Source: Aegotheles albertisi (Eukaryota). From it: DNA of 42,503 nt. Below the pieces are notes generated by a model. It saw only the letters and a list, made by a program, of their open reading frames with translations. It was not told the origin of the DNA and ran no database searches. The stretch lies in contig JBDMAX010000536.1 of assembly GCA_039906565.1 (NCBI GenBank), positions 161,716-204,218 of the forward strand, in the 5' to 3' direction. Within the stretch, counting starts at the first letter, position 1; the number at the start of each line of letters is the position of its first letter. Made by a program: the position numbers and the translations under genes. Positions 1-11,501 of this stretch are shown here, piece by piece.

Positions 1-600
1 GCCCCGGGGAGAGCCCCGGGGAGGCGGCGGGGGCGGCCCCGGCCCCCTCGTGGCCTGCGCGGCTCGGCCTGGGCCAGGGCCCGGCGGCCGGGTCGGGGCC
101 GGCTGGTTCCGGCACCGCGAACGCCCCTCCCGGGGGGCTTGGGCTGCGCTCCGCAGCCGCTGCTCTCCTGCCCCGCGCCCCCCGCCACGCACAGGGGGGA
201 GCTGCGGGGTCGGTCCCCGGGCTCTGCGGGGGGGGGCGGCTCTCAGCTCCGGCATCGCCCCGAGGCGACCTCGTGGGGGCCCCGTTCCCTGCCCGGAGGC
301 CGCAGCCGCCTTTCCGCGCGGCTCCCCCGGTCGGACGCTGCTGGAGCCGGGCACAGCCCTGCCCTGCTCGGCCTGGCAAGCGCTGCCGCTCGCAGCGTCC
401 ATCGGGGGGGCGCGGGTTGCCGGGCAGCCCCCAGCGACTGGATCCCAGTGCCACGGGGTGCTGGGGAGGGCCCTCGGCTCACGGCTGTGTCTGCACTCTC
501 GGGAGGCTTTCGCTGCCTGCTCAGCACACGTGCCAGCTGCAGGCTGCGCTGGGGTTTGTGGATGATCACTCGTCTGTGGAGGTGAGAGCTGCGTGTGCTC
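1..600. promoter_or_regulatory. CpG island / putative promoter region (GC>75%, dense CpG). Possible first-exon donor at ~583-590 (TGGAG|GTGAGAGC) after an ATG at 561.
   Basis: Composition only; no downstream exons could be identified. Confidence 0.3.
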
Positions 601-2046
601 AGAGGGAGAGGAAAGGTTTGGGTTTCATAGATGCACAAATCTCTATTGCTGTCTGTTCACAGCCATTGAACGTTCTGCAGTGACTCTGTGAGCTATAACT
701 GTGACACAGGGCCTTCCTGTGTCAGTGCAGGGTGTTCGTGTTTCAGCACGAGACAGAAGTGGTGCTGTGCTGTTCACTCCTTGCACTGTGTCTCTCGGAT
801 CTGCTGCTCTGTGCAGGTACCACGGGAATTGCTCCTGTCTGCTCGGGAATTACTGATTTGTTGTGCACTTTTCACCTGAGAAAAAGCACTTTGTCTCGCT
901 CTGCTTTGCTCACCGTTGCTGTAGAACAAATTTCTCACAGTCCAGTCTGGTTTTTCACTTCCCATCTTGTGCGAGCCCTGGTGCCAACCCGAGAGGCTGC
1001 AGCTCCAGACAGGGGCAGGCTCTGACTGTCGCTGTGATCCCTGAGCAGCTGCTGGAGCTGTGCCTGCCCGTGCCCCAGCAGCAGTGGGATTGCCCTGGAA
1101 TCCCAGCTCTGCTGTGGGCTGGAACGCTCGCATGGGAACGGCGAAACCTTGCTGGGCCTCGGCAGGGCTTCTGCTGGCCCAAAGCCTCCGGTGTTATTGC
1201 TGCGAGCCCCCAGCTCTGCGGTGCTGCAGGACGAGCTGCAGCCAGGGCAGGGGATCTGCAGGGCATTGCAGCTGCAGGGGAGCCGTGGAGTTGGTTTGGG
1301 TCCGTGTGTGACAGCACAGGAGCTGGAGAGGAGCTGTTTGCTGTCCTGCACAGCAGACGCACAGGTCACGGCGTTTGCCACGTGCCCCTGGCCACTGGTG
1401 AGGGAGCTCCCTGTGGGCTGGACGAGAAAACCGAGGAGGGGACATTTCCCAGGAGATGTTGTTGCTCAGGGCAAAACCTGGGCTCTGTAGCATTTTGTTT
1501 CCTGTTTCCCATGGTGATGTGAACGTGGGGGTGGTGCTGTTCAAAAAGAATGCTTCTGTCAGCCCTGCATTCCAGGAGAAGGAGCGCTGCGTTGTCCCTC
1601 TGCGCTGTGCCACGCGCTGTGCCATGCGGACGGCGCGATGACAAACCCGATGGCCCGTGGCGTTTGGAGAAGCACATGGCCTGGACATGGTCACCTGGGG
1701 CAAGGGCAGGCAACGTGTGAGTACTGCCTGGCAGCAGCAGTGCTGTCTGTGCTGCACAGGCGTGATGCAGGTCCTGTGTGCGAGGGATCACTGCACCCCG
1801 AGCTGTTCATGGCTTGGGAAACCATTCGCCACCTCATTAAACCAACAGGAAAAACCAGCAGAAAGGAACAAAGCGTGACAAGGGCTTGCTCTGCATCTCA
1901 TTTGTTCACTGACACTGATCTCCATCTGTTGTGTGTTTCCTTTTCCTTCTCATGCAAACCGTGGTGAAAACAGATACCCAGGAGGCTCCAGTGCTTCCAG
2001 AGAGTGGCTTGGCTGCTCGCGTGGTGAATCTCTGCTCACGTCTCCA

Positions 2047-2340
2047 GGAATGTGTGACTGGGGTCACAGAAAAATCGGGCAGCGTCCTGTTTGGGGCAGA
2101 AAGCGTGTTGGCTGTGCAGCTCTTGGGGAGGGCAGGAGGAGGCTGCCTTCCTGGGTCAGTGATGAGTGTTGGCATGGATTATCTGATGGGGAGGTGATGT
2201 CTATCCCCACTTTAGCTCTAGAATTACTCTGAGACCCAGGGAACTCCAGTTTCCCCCGGCAGTGACCTTTGAGCTTTTCCAGCGTGTGGAATCAAGGCAC
2301 TGCCACAAATCCTGTCCCAGCGCCAGGAGAAGGGGGGGGC
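2047..2340. repeat. Copy 1 of a ~290-bp direct segmental repeat (partner at 3644-3925, ~95% identical).
   Basis: Direct sequence comparison: GAATGTGTGACTGGGGTCACAGAAAAATCGGGCAGCGTCC...CCAGCGCCAGGAGAAGGGGGGG is present at both sites. Confidence 0.85.
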
Positions 2341-3114
2341 ACACGGTTGCTGTGCGTCCTTTTGGTTTCTTTTCTTTGTCTGTCGGGGGTGTTTTGATCA
2401 GGAGGAGGTGATTTGTTTTGAGCAGGCTTCTGCTGACTCAGGGGCTTTCTGGAGGTTGGACTTGCCTAGAGACCTCTTGAAACGTGGCCAGAAACGCCGC
2501 AGATGTCGTTTCCTGGGGAAAACAGAGGGATTTGCCCATTCCCGTGGATTTTATGACACGTTGGAATTAAACCTGGGGGTCAGGGGGTTGCTGGGGTTGT
2601 TCCTGACCTGCGTTCACTCGTTTCTGCCAGAGAATTCATTTGCTCTGGGGCTCGCCGTAGGGCGAGAGGAACGGGCAGGACCAATGCACAGCCTGGATGC
2701 AGAACAGTCCTAAATGTCGCCTCCGGCCCGCGGGGAGCAGTTTGAGCCTTCTCTTTGCTTTTGTTGGTTGTTTTTGGGTTTTTTTTAAGACAATGTTAGT
2801 GTTTTGCCTGAGCTTTCAGTATCTTTTCCTAAAGGGTCATTTTGTTTACTCAATTTTGCACAGGGCTGCTGGCTGTAACGGCCTGGCTGCGTCAGGTAAA
2901 CGTTGACCTGCTGGGTTGGTGGCTTCGTGAACGTCAGATGCCTTCTGGAAGCCTCGGCGTGCAACTGGAGAAGGTGTGAGGTGGCTTTTCTTTGTTCCAA
3001 GCTCATCGGGGATTAATTTTGGTCCCCAGAATTTGGGAGAATTCGGGGTGTGGAGTCACCAACGCGATTTGCGACATCGCGTTTGAAACAAAACCAAAAA
3101 GTCACCGACTCCCA

Positions 3115-3640
3115 GAGTGGTTTGGGTTGGAGGGGACCTTAAAGCTCATCCAGTGCCACCCCACCGCCGTGGGCTTGTGTGCGCTTGGAGCTCAAAAAGC
3201 CCCTGGGATCCTGGGCTGTGTCACCTGCAGCGTGAGCAGCAGGGCGAGGGAGGGGGTGATGGTTCTCCTCATCTGCTCTGCTCTGCTCTGTGAGAGCCCT
3301 CCCTGTGATGCTGGGGCCAGGTCTGGGCTCCCCAGCATCAGAAGGACACGGAGCTGTTGGAGCGAGTCCAGAGGAGGCCACGGAGATGCTCGGGGAGCTG
3401 GAGCAGCTCTGCTCTGGGGACAGGCTGAGAGAGTGGGGGGTGTTCAGCCTGGAGAAGAGAAGGCTCGTGGAGACCTTAGAGCACCTTCCAGTGCCTGAAG
3501 GGGCTCCAGGAAAGCTGGAGAGGGACTGGTGCCAAGGGCAGGGAGTGATGGGACGAGGGGGAACGGGTTCCAACTGAAGGAAGGTGGATTTAGACTGGAT
3601 TTTAGGAGGTTCTTCACTGCGTGGGTGGTGGGAATGTGTG
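3115..3640 (+). mobile_element. CR1-type LINE 3'-region fragment (avian interspersed repeat). It is truncated at the point where duplicate copy 2 begins.
   Basis: Motifs GGTTTGGGTTGGAGGGGACCTTAAAGCTCATC, TGTTCAGCCTGGAGAAGAGAAGGCTC, GGTTCCAACTGAAGGAAGGTGGATTTAGACTGGATTTTAGGAGGTTCTTCACTG match the common avian repeat recognised from memory. Confidence 0.55.
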
Positions 3641-3643
3641 ACT

Positions 3644-3925
3644 GGGGTCACAGAAAAATCGGGCAGCGTCCTGTTTGGGGCAGAAAGCGTGTTGGCTGTG
3701 CAGCTCTTGGGGAGGGCAGGAGGAGGCTGGCTTCCTGGGTCAGTGATGAGTGTTGGCATGTATTATCTGATGGGGAGGTGATGTCTATCCCCACTTTAGC
3801 TCTAGAATTACTCTGAGACCCAGGGAACTCCAGTTTCCCCCAGCAGTGACCTTTGAGCTTTTCCAGCGTGTGGAATCAAGTCACTGCCACAAATCCTGTC
3901 CCAGCGCCAGGAGAAGGGGGGGACG
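3644..3925. repeat. Copy 2 of the ~290-bp direct segmental repeat.
   Basis: Near-identical to 2047-2340. Confidence 0.85.
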
Positions 3926-6157
3926 CAGTGTGAGTTTTGGTCCATTTACGTGTTCAGAGCTCTGGTTCTTGGCCTGGTACTGGATGTTACTGGAGATGCT
4001 TCGGCGTTATCTGAATGCGTCTCCGGCTCCCCAGAGCAGAACAGTGTTCGCAAATGCTGCTGGAGAGATTTGGTGGCAAACTTAACGAGCCAGGATGGAC
4101 CTGCCCAGCAATCCCCCATCTGCAGGGCTGGCTTGGTCTGGGTCAGCTTCCCGGGCTGCATGTGCAAAAGAGAAGTTGCAGCTCTCTGGTCAGTCTTGAT
4201 CTAAACCCAAGGTGGTTCCTGTTTGTGCCCAGACACCTGAGAGAGACCTAAATGTTTCAGGCAACCCAAGAGGAGGGCCCTGATGTTCATAAGAAATTCT
4301 TAACAGCTGTTTTTGCAGGTGACTCAACTGAGGAGTGAGAACCTAAAGCTGCTGGGGCTCATCTAGCTGCAATGAGGATGGAATGAATTATTGAAGTGCA
4401 CAGGGTAAGTGGCAATCAAGGTACTCAAACCTCGCTCGCTCTCTGTCTTCTGGGATCTGTGCCTGGCATTGCTCACCAGGATTTTGCAGCTGCAGGGGCT
4501 GGAGGAATTAGCCAGGGTGGGGAGGAGGGAACAGCAGCAGCAGCATCGATCCTTCTCTTCCCACTCTCTGTCTCTTTTGTCCATTTTCATGAGATCTTTC
4601 TGCTACCTATTAATGGGGATTTCAAAACCTCATGAAGAGCACAGAAGAGGATTGAAGAGGTGACTGAAGGAGATGGGAGGAGAATGTTTAAGAGCAATTG
4701 ATTTAATGGGAATAAACTGCTTCAGGTGAAGTCAGGCTCTTCACTTTAGAATCACAAGAAACATCACACCACAAAACACACAGTCGCAACAATGGGAGAT
4801 GCTTCACCTTGTTCTGATGAGAGATGTGGTTGCTTTCCAAACCTTTCAGTCCACCTTCTAGTCCTGAGATGCTGCAGGCAAGTCCGTTTCCTTTTTGTGT
4901 GAATTAAATCACCATCATTTCTGCGAAGAGCATGAGCCAACACCATGTGGATGGCCAGAGGATTTGAAGGCAATCCTATGGTCCGTAGTAGAACATCACT
5001 GCACCACCCTGGGCAGTGCCAAAGCCAACAGCAGAGAGTATTTCCTCGTAAGGCAGCCCCAGGAGAGGAGCAGCAGCAGCCTGTTTTGGAGAGTGGTCTT
5101 CACACCATTTCAGGGTGGCAGCGTGGTCTGGTGCAGGCTTGTGCTCCCACCAGGACTGCAGGCACACACAGGGCAAGTCAGAAATGGCACCGGGTGTTCC
5201 TTGGTGACAGAAACCCCAGCGCCCGCCGTCACACTTCTCACTGGTTGGTGTGGCATGGGCTTGTCTTCTGAAATTTCTGCCTGAAAGGTAAGGACTGGAT
5301 TTCGAAGGCATCCAGAGAGGCCCCAGGGTGTGTGCTAGAGCAGTGACTGGTTAGCGGTTACATTTTTAATGCAAGCACTGACGTGTCAGAGTGGTGCCTC
5401 TGCTTCCTAGAACACCACCTGGGAACCTCTGAAAGTGTGCACCGCTTCTCCTCTCCTGCATCGATACATTTGCAGTAACTGAGAAACAAAATATAAATTA
5501 TTGCTTCATCTGCAGGCGGGAAAATGCAATTTCCAGTTGATGTTTTCCTTAGAAGACCATACCTAGGTATTAAAACCACATTACATTGCATTGCTCACAC
5601 TGTGCTCACACAGCAATCAGAAAATGACCTCTCTTGGAATTTTATTAGAAGTCTTAGAGATTTGGCAACACTGGTGATGGGTTTGCCCTCTCCCAAAGGA
5701 GGGAGTTAACCGGGGTCTGTCACTGTATTGGTCACCCCCTGCCTCACACCTCTGTTTGCTGCCTTGGCAGAAATTCAGTTGTCAGCCCTCTCACTTTCTC
5801 TCAGGAAGGACAGGAGAGGCAAAGTCCCAAAGGGTGCTGTGGACTGCAAAGATGTGCCCTTAACTGTCCCACAGTTCATCAGTCACAACCATGGCCATTG
5901 TACAGAGAAAACCAATCCTAAAACATCCACTTGAGATCCTGCAGTCTTGTTAGAGCACCCAGCAGAGGTGAGCGTGCCGTCAGGCTCTGTTTCCACTGGC
6001 AAGGGCATATGGCAGCAGATAGTCTGTATTGTACATCACTCTGTTGGGCTTGGGTGCCACAGTAGATGCTTCTGTCTGCTGTTAACTCCACAAAAAGGGT
6101 TTTGGATACAGTTTGATAACCTGAGGGTACCCGAGAGCAATTTCCTTATCATGGAAA

Positions 6158-7423
6158 CTCAGGGTTTAGGGGGGAGCTGTTATTGTGGGGGACACTGAGG
6201 GGTTTGGGGGGGACACCCAGGGTTTAGGGGGAGCTGTTATTGTGGGGGACACTGAGGGGTTTGGGGGGACACCCAGGGTTTAGGGGGAGCTGTTATTGTG
6301 GGGGACACTGAGGGGTTTGGGGGGACACCCAGGGTTTAGGGGGGAGCTGTTATTGTGGGGGACACTGAGGGGTTTGGGGGGGACACCCAGGGTTTAGGGG
6401 GAGCTGTTATTGTGGGGGACACTGAGGGGTTTGGGGGGACACCCAGGGTTTAGGGGGGAGCTGTTATTGTGGGGGACACTGAGGGGTTTGGGGGGGACAC
6501 CCAGGGTTTAGGGGGTGGCTGTTATTGTGGGGGACACTGAGGGGTTTGGGGGGGACACCCAGGGTTTAGGGGGGCTGTTATTGTGGGGGACACTGAGGGG
6601 TTTGGGGGGGACACCCAGGGTTTAGGGGGAGCTGTTATTGTGGGGGACACTGAGGGGTTTGGGGGGACACCCAGGGTTTAGGGGGGAGCTGTTATTGTGG
6701 GGGACACTGAGGGGTTTGGGGGGGACACCCAGGGTTTAGGGGGTGGCTGTTATTGTGGGGGACACTGAGGGTTTTGGGGGGGACACCCAGGGTTTAGGGG
6801 GAGCTGTTATTGTGGGGGACACTGAGGGGTTTGGGGGGACACCCAGGGTTTAGGGGGGAGCTGTTATTGTGGGGGACACTGAGGGGTTTGGGGGGACACC
6901 CAGGGTTTAGGGGGGAGCTGTTATTGTGGGGGACACTGAGGGGTTTGGGGGGACACCCAGGGTTTAGGGGGAGCTGTTATTGTGGGGGACACTGTGGGGT
7001 TTGGGGGGGACACCCAGGGTTTAGGGGGGAGCTGTTATTGTGGGGGACACTGAGGGGTTTGGGGGGGACACCCAGGGTTTGGGGGGGCTGTTATTGTGGG
7101 GGACACTGAGGGGTTTGGGGGGGACACCCAGGGGTTAGGGGGGAGCTGTTATTGGGGGGGACACTGAGGGGTTTGGGGGGACACCCAGGGTTTAGGGGGA
7201 GCTGTTATTGTGGGGGACACTGCGGGTTTGGGGGGGACACCCAGGGTTTAGGGGGGAGCTGTTATTGTGGGGGACACTGAGGGGTTTGGGGGGGACACCC
7301 AGGGTTTAGGGGGAGCTGTTATTGTGGGGGACACTGAGGGGTTTGAGGGGGACACCCAGGGTTTAGGGGGAGCTGTTATTGTGGGGGACACTGAGGGGTT
7401 TGGGGGGGACACCCAGGGTTTAG
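6158..7423. repeat. G-rich minisatellite, ~56-57-bp unit (GGGGGACACTGAGGGGTTTGGGGGGACACCCAGGGTTTAGGGGGAGCTGTTATTGT), ~22 copies.
   Basis: Direct tandem periodicity. Each unit contains GGGTTTAGGG and four or more G-tracts. Confidence 0.9.
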
Positions 7424-7500
7424 TGTACGTGCCGCCCCCCGCCCCCCGTGTGCCTCTGCATGTGCCGTCCCATCCCCTGCGTGTCTGTCGTGCCCCCGTG
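7424..7500. repeat. Low-complexity pyrimidine/GT-rich tract (CCCCGTGTGCC-like).
   Basis: Composition. A similar tract occurs at 8030-8200. Confidence 0.6.
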
Positions 7501-8029
7501 TTAGAGTTCAATCAGACAAGTTGAGTCCAGCTTGGATTTACTCAGTATTTATTCAAGGTAGGAGAGCAAAACCAGCGCTGGGCAGCCGGTAGAGTCACAG
7601 CTCTACCTTGGCTCGCGAGTTTAGATCAGCAAAGCAGCTCTTTCTATCTTCGGGGAAGTCCTTATCGAGAATCTTCGTCCCGCCTTTCATCCTGGCTGCT
7701 CTGGGTTGGCCCTTTTCTTGTGGTACTTCTGATAACCATAGGTGTTGAAGAGATACACATTATCCCCCCATAGCACTGCCACAGAGGCCTAGAGCAGAGA
7801 GATACATTATCAGAGTGACACAACATTACAGTCTGACACTTGTCTGAGACTCCAGCCCTGGGAACATTGTGGTTTGAGGCTCAGCTCGTGTAAATTGACA
7901 GAGATGGTTTATAACAGCAGATATTGATAAGCCTGTGAGTCCTGTATCGCTTTAAATGTTGGCAATCGCCATGCGTGGTGCTGCAACTCCCGATTATAAT
8001 CAGCAAATTGCTCTTGCTTACTTATTACA

Positions 8030-8200
8030 CCCGCGTGCCGTGTGTCCCCCCGCCCATGCGTGTGTCTGTCATCCCCCTGTCCATCCGTGTGTCGTATCCC
8101 CCCCGTGTATCCGTCTTCCCCCGTCCGTGTGTCCATCTGCGTGTCGTGTCCCCCCCGTGTGTCTGTCTGTGTGTCTGTCCCTGTCCTGAAATGAACGGCT
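8030..8200. repeat. Low-complexity CCCCGTGTGTC(C/T)(A/G)TC imperfect tandem tract.
   Basis: Repeated GTGTGTC / CCCCCGT motifs. Confidence 0.6.
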
Positions 8201-8544
8201 TGTGGTGAGGGGACACAACAGCCCCTTGGAGTGACCGACTGGGGCTTTTCTTGAAGCAGCACAAACATTCCCATCTCCCCTGGCTGGTCTGGAACAGACG
8301 CAGTTCTGCCAGAGATACGTCTGGAGGCTCTGCCAGCCACTGAGGGTAAGGGACAGAGGGGAAACGCTTTGGGGGTCTGCAGGCAGCACGGGACCGTACT
8401 GGGAGACACTGGAGCTCACTGGGACCTACTGGGGAGCATTGCAGGCTGCTCTGGGGAGCGTTGCAGGAAGTACTGGTAGGCACTGGGACAGACTGGGACA
8501 ATATTGCAGGCTCTACTGGGAGAGACCAGGGGGCATTTCAGGCT

Positions 8545-9108
8545 GTCTTGTGGAAAACTGTGGGTGCCTTGGGACATCCTGAAGCACAGCTACAAACCCT
8601 CTTACTTTTATATCCAGAAGGACATCCAGGAAGGCCTCGTAGGAATCCGAAACAGCTTTGCAGCTCAGGCACGTGACTGGAAGGCAAATGGAAATGCTCA
8701 GCGACGGGGGAAGGCGACTGTGCCGCTTTACTCTCCGCACGCCTCCTACTCCAGCCGCACCGTTGGCTCCTTCTCACAGGCAGTCAGGAGGGCACAGAGA
8801 CACCCAGGACAGCAAGAGTTGTGCAAACGTACCTCTGGACCTCAGGGAGCCCCCAAATATTTGATGGACGATGGTCGTGTGTTGCGAAGCCACGTCCAAG
8901 CTGGAAAGAAAGGGTAAGGCAGAGAGTTATCTCCTCCAAGAGTTTGACTGTCTCTGGAAACCCTGGGTATGGGTTCTCCTTGATGGGAGCACATCAGGGA
9001 GCCCAAAGGACTCAGGGACACGGGAGAGATGATGTGCTTGTGCTTACTTGCTGCTCCCACGCAGGCAAGCTGTCTGCATGGCCCCGACAGCACAGCGCAG
9101 GAACTCAC
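8545..9108. repeat. Copy 1 of a ~560-bp segmental duplication (partner at 15133-15697). It carries a duplicated 3' fragment of a USP exon.
   Basis: Near-identical sequence. The same ORF (68 aa, MQLRHVTGRQMEMLSDGG...) recurs at 8658 and 15246. Confidence 0.85.
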
Positions 9109-10198
9109 AGTAACACTGTGGTGGGAGGCTTTGCTGTCTTTCCCCGAGTACTTTGTAGCTCTTCCCTTTGCTCAAGCACATGCCTAAGGCTGCAGCCAGC
9201 TGCTCCAGACCGCGTACCTTCTCGGGGACCTCCAGCATGGCCTCCAGTGGGAGCAGGTCCTCCTTGGGTGGGCTCAGGAGGTTTGGCCCAACGCAGATGG
9301 CCAGGTTGCTGCAGCTCATCCTGCTGGTGGCTGCGTTGTGGCTGATGAGCTGGAACAGGGACAGCAGCCTCTTGAGGAGAAGGAGATTGCCCAGAGGCAA
9401 CTTCTCGGCCAGCCTGAGGGAAGGGGAACACAAGGTTTGTCAAGCAGAGGTTGCCCACAGCCACCCCCCAGGCTTGCTCAAGGCAGGTGGGAGCCAGTGG
9501 CTGTGTTGTGCAGCTTGCCAGCTGCTCTCAGCCAGCGCTCAGGGCTTCTGCTCAACAGCCAGGCTGCTGCCCACACTTAGGCTTTCAGCTCCTCCACCTT
9601 CTCCTCCTTGCCGGTCCTCTGCATTGCCACCATCCACTCCTCACAGAGGTTGTTGAGGAGGAGCTTGGAGGGGGATGCTTCAGAGGAAGTCCTGCAAGGC
9701 CAAGGGCTCCACCTGAGCCTTTGAAGACCCCTGGACAGTCAGGAGCTCCTCCAGCTGCAGGTCAGAAGCACTCACCTTCAAGAGTTCAGCCAACAGCAGC
9801 ACAGCCTGGCCCACCAGGTCGATGTCTTCGCCATGGTTCAGGGCCTCCTGCAGCTCCCGAAGCGATGTCCCACTGGAAGCTCGGCAGAATGTCCCGTCCT
9901 CTGTTGGTCCTTCCTGCTGCAGGACAGCCAGAAGCTCCTGCAGAAGAGGCAGGATGACAGTTGCTTGGCTGAGGAGCTGCCTCCCAGCAGCGGTTGCCAG
10001 AGCTCTGCCCCAGCCCTGGCCCCTTGCTGGGGGTGAAGAGCCCAATCTCCCATGCCCGCAGCCCCTGGGGACACCCACCACCCCTACACAGCAGGCGGAG
10101 GGAGGGCTGGGGACCCCCTGTCCCGGCTGGCTCACCTGGATGGGCCGGGGCAGCGTGCCGTCCTCCCCAAAGAGCACCTGGCTGCAGCCAGAGCCCAC
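9044..10198 (-). CDS. Leucine-rich ORF fragments of an unidentified gene, possibly LRR/PRAME-LRRC14-like. Exon structure is not resolved.
   Basis: ORFs 9044..9433(-) and 9680..10198(-) have amphipathic Leu-rich segments (LLAELLKVSASDLQLEELLTVQG; LGNLLLLKRLLSLFQLISHNAATS). No family could be assigned confidently. Confidence 0.2.
9047..9108 (-). pseudogene. Duplicated fragment (pseudo-exon) of the USP36/42-like exon encoding ...EFLRCAVGAMQTACLRGSSK. It is fused in frame to unrelated upstream ORF sequence.
   Basis: ORF 9044..9433(-) ends ...QCYCEFLRCAVGAMQTACLRGSSK. This tail is identical to the exon at 15636-15697, but its 5' part (QEDAH) is replaced. Confidence 0.6.
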
Positions 10199-10199
10199 C

Positions 10200-11450
10200 T
10201 GCCCTGGCGCCGGGGCAGCGGCCGGGCTCTGCCGCAGAGCAAAGGGCCAGGGCAGCCCCCTCCTCCTGCTGCTGCTCCCTCCTGCTGCAGAGAAAAACAG
10301 AACAAGAGCCCCTCAGCACTGGCGGACCCTGTCCTGCCCTGCCCCGCCGGCAGGACGGGCAGGGAGCCGGCGCTGCGGCTCGGAGGCTCCTGAGAGCCGG
10401 CGTGCCCCTGGGACAGCCTGGCTCAGCCCTCACCCTGCCCTCCTCCGAGCCGTGGGCAGCAGCGGAGGCTCCGTGTCCCCGCAGAACCACGGCCGGTGGC
10501 CAGGTGAAGGTGAGGGAGGTCCCATCCTTGTCGCTACCTTTCTCCTCCGCTTCTTCCTCCCGCGCCGCCTCCTTCCCCAGCTCAGCACCCGCAGCTGCTC
10601 CAGGGCCAGGGGAGCTGTGGGCGCAGGGTGGTGCCACGGCTGCAGAGAGGAGCAGCAGGCAGGGCGCTGGAGGTGGCCGCCTGGGGACGTTGGTGCAGCC
10701 AGCACCAAGGTGCCGGGGCCTGGGGCTGCTGCCAGGGTGTCCCTGCCCCGCTCCCAGGGCCAGGGCTGGGGGAAAGGTACCTGGGCTCCGAGGGGCTGAC
10801 TGCAACCTGATGACCACCAGTTCCTCCTGAAGGAGGAGAAGGCACCTCCCGCTCCTCCTGCGGCCCCGGGTCAGCCGCACGTCTGCGCTCAGCACCGCCT
10901 CGGCCTCGGTGAGAGCCTCCCTGCAGAGCAGAGAGCGGCGGGCATGAGCAACACCGCTGCTGCGGGGCCCGGCCGTGCCCACGTGTCCCCGAGCCACAGG
11001 ACAGCGAGCCCACCTGGAGCCACAGCAGCCGTTGGCCTGGCCCGTCCCACCCAGGGCAGGAGGGCCCTCGTCCTGCACCGAGGACGCGGTGCAGCCGGCA
11101 GTGGTGAGGATGGGAGGCGGGTGCTGGTGCCCTCTCCCAGCACTGCTTTTCTGCCTGCTGGTTCCAAACGAGTGCTCCTCCTGCAAGGCGATCCCAGAAG
11201 CTGAACACAGGTTCAAGCTCTTCCTCGAGGAACCTTTGGGAAGGTGGGCCAGCCAGCAGAGCTGTCCGAGTCTCTGGAAGGTCTCTGAGCTCTTCCTGGC
11301 ATGAGGCAGCACTGGGAGGAGAGACAGCATGGGCTGCTGGTGCCCTTTGTGCAGCTTGGACTCTTCTGGGGGCAGTTTTGGTGCTTCCAGGGTTCCTCCT
11401 CCTCCTCCTCCCTGCAGGAGTCTGGTGCTCTGCTTCTTCTTCATGCAGGG
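10200..11450. promoter_or_regulatory. CpG island (GC ~75%). Possibly the 5' region of the minus-strand leucine-rich gene. The 552-aa ORF here is probably composition-driven.
   Basis: Composition. The ORF is Pro/Ala/Gly/Arg-rich with no recognisable domain. Confidence 0.3.
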
Positions 11451-11501
11451 TCACAAGCTGCCACCGTCCCCAACACAGCACCCCGAGTGTTTATCTGGTG
11501 G

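Noticed and set aside
4976-5311. 111-aa minus-strand ORF with Cys/Trp-rich sequence (PCVCLQSWWEHKPAPDHAATLKWCEDH) that superficially resembles a Cys-rich domain.
   Set aside because: No convincing match to SRCR, chemokine or other Cys-rich families. No splice context. It is left unannotated.
9786-11444. 552-aa minus-strand ORF with overlapping 325-aa, 299-aa and 278-aa ORFs.
   Set aside because: It lies in a CpG island with >75% GC. The sequence is Pro/Ala/Gly/Arg-rich, low-complexity and has no recognisable domain. Overlapping open frames on both strands are typical of GC-driven spurious ORFs.
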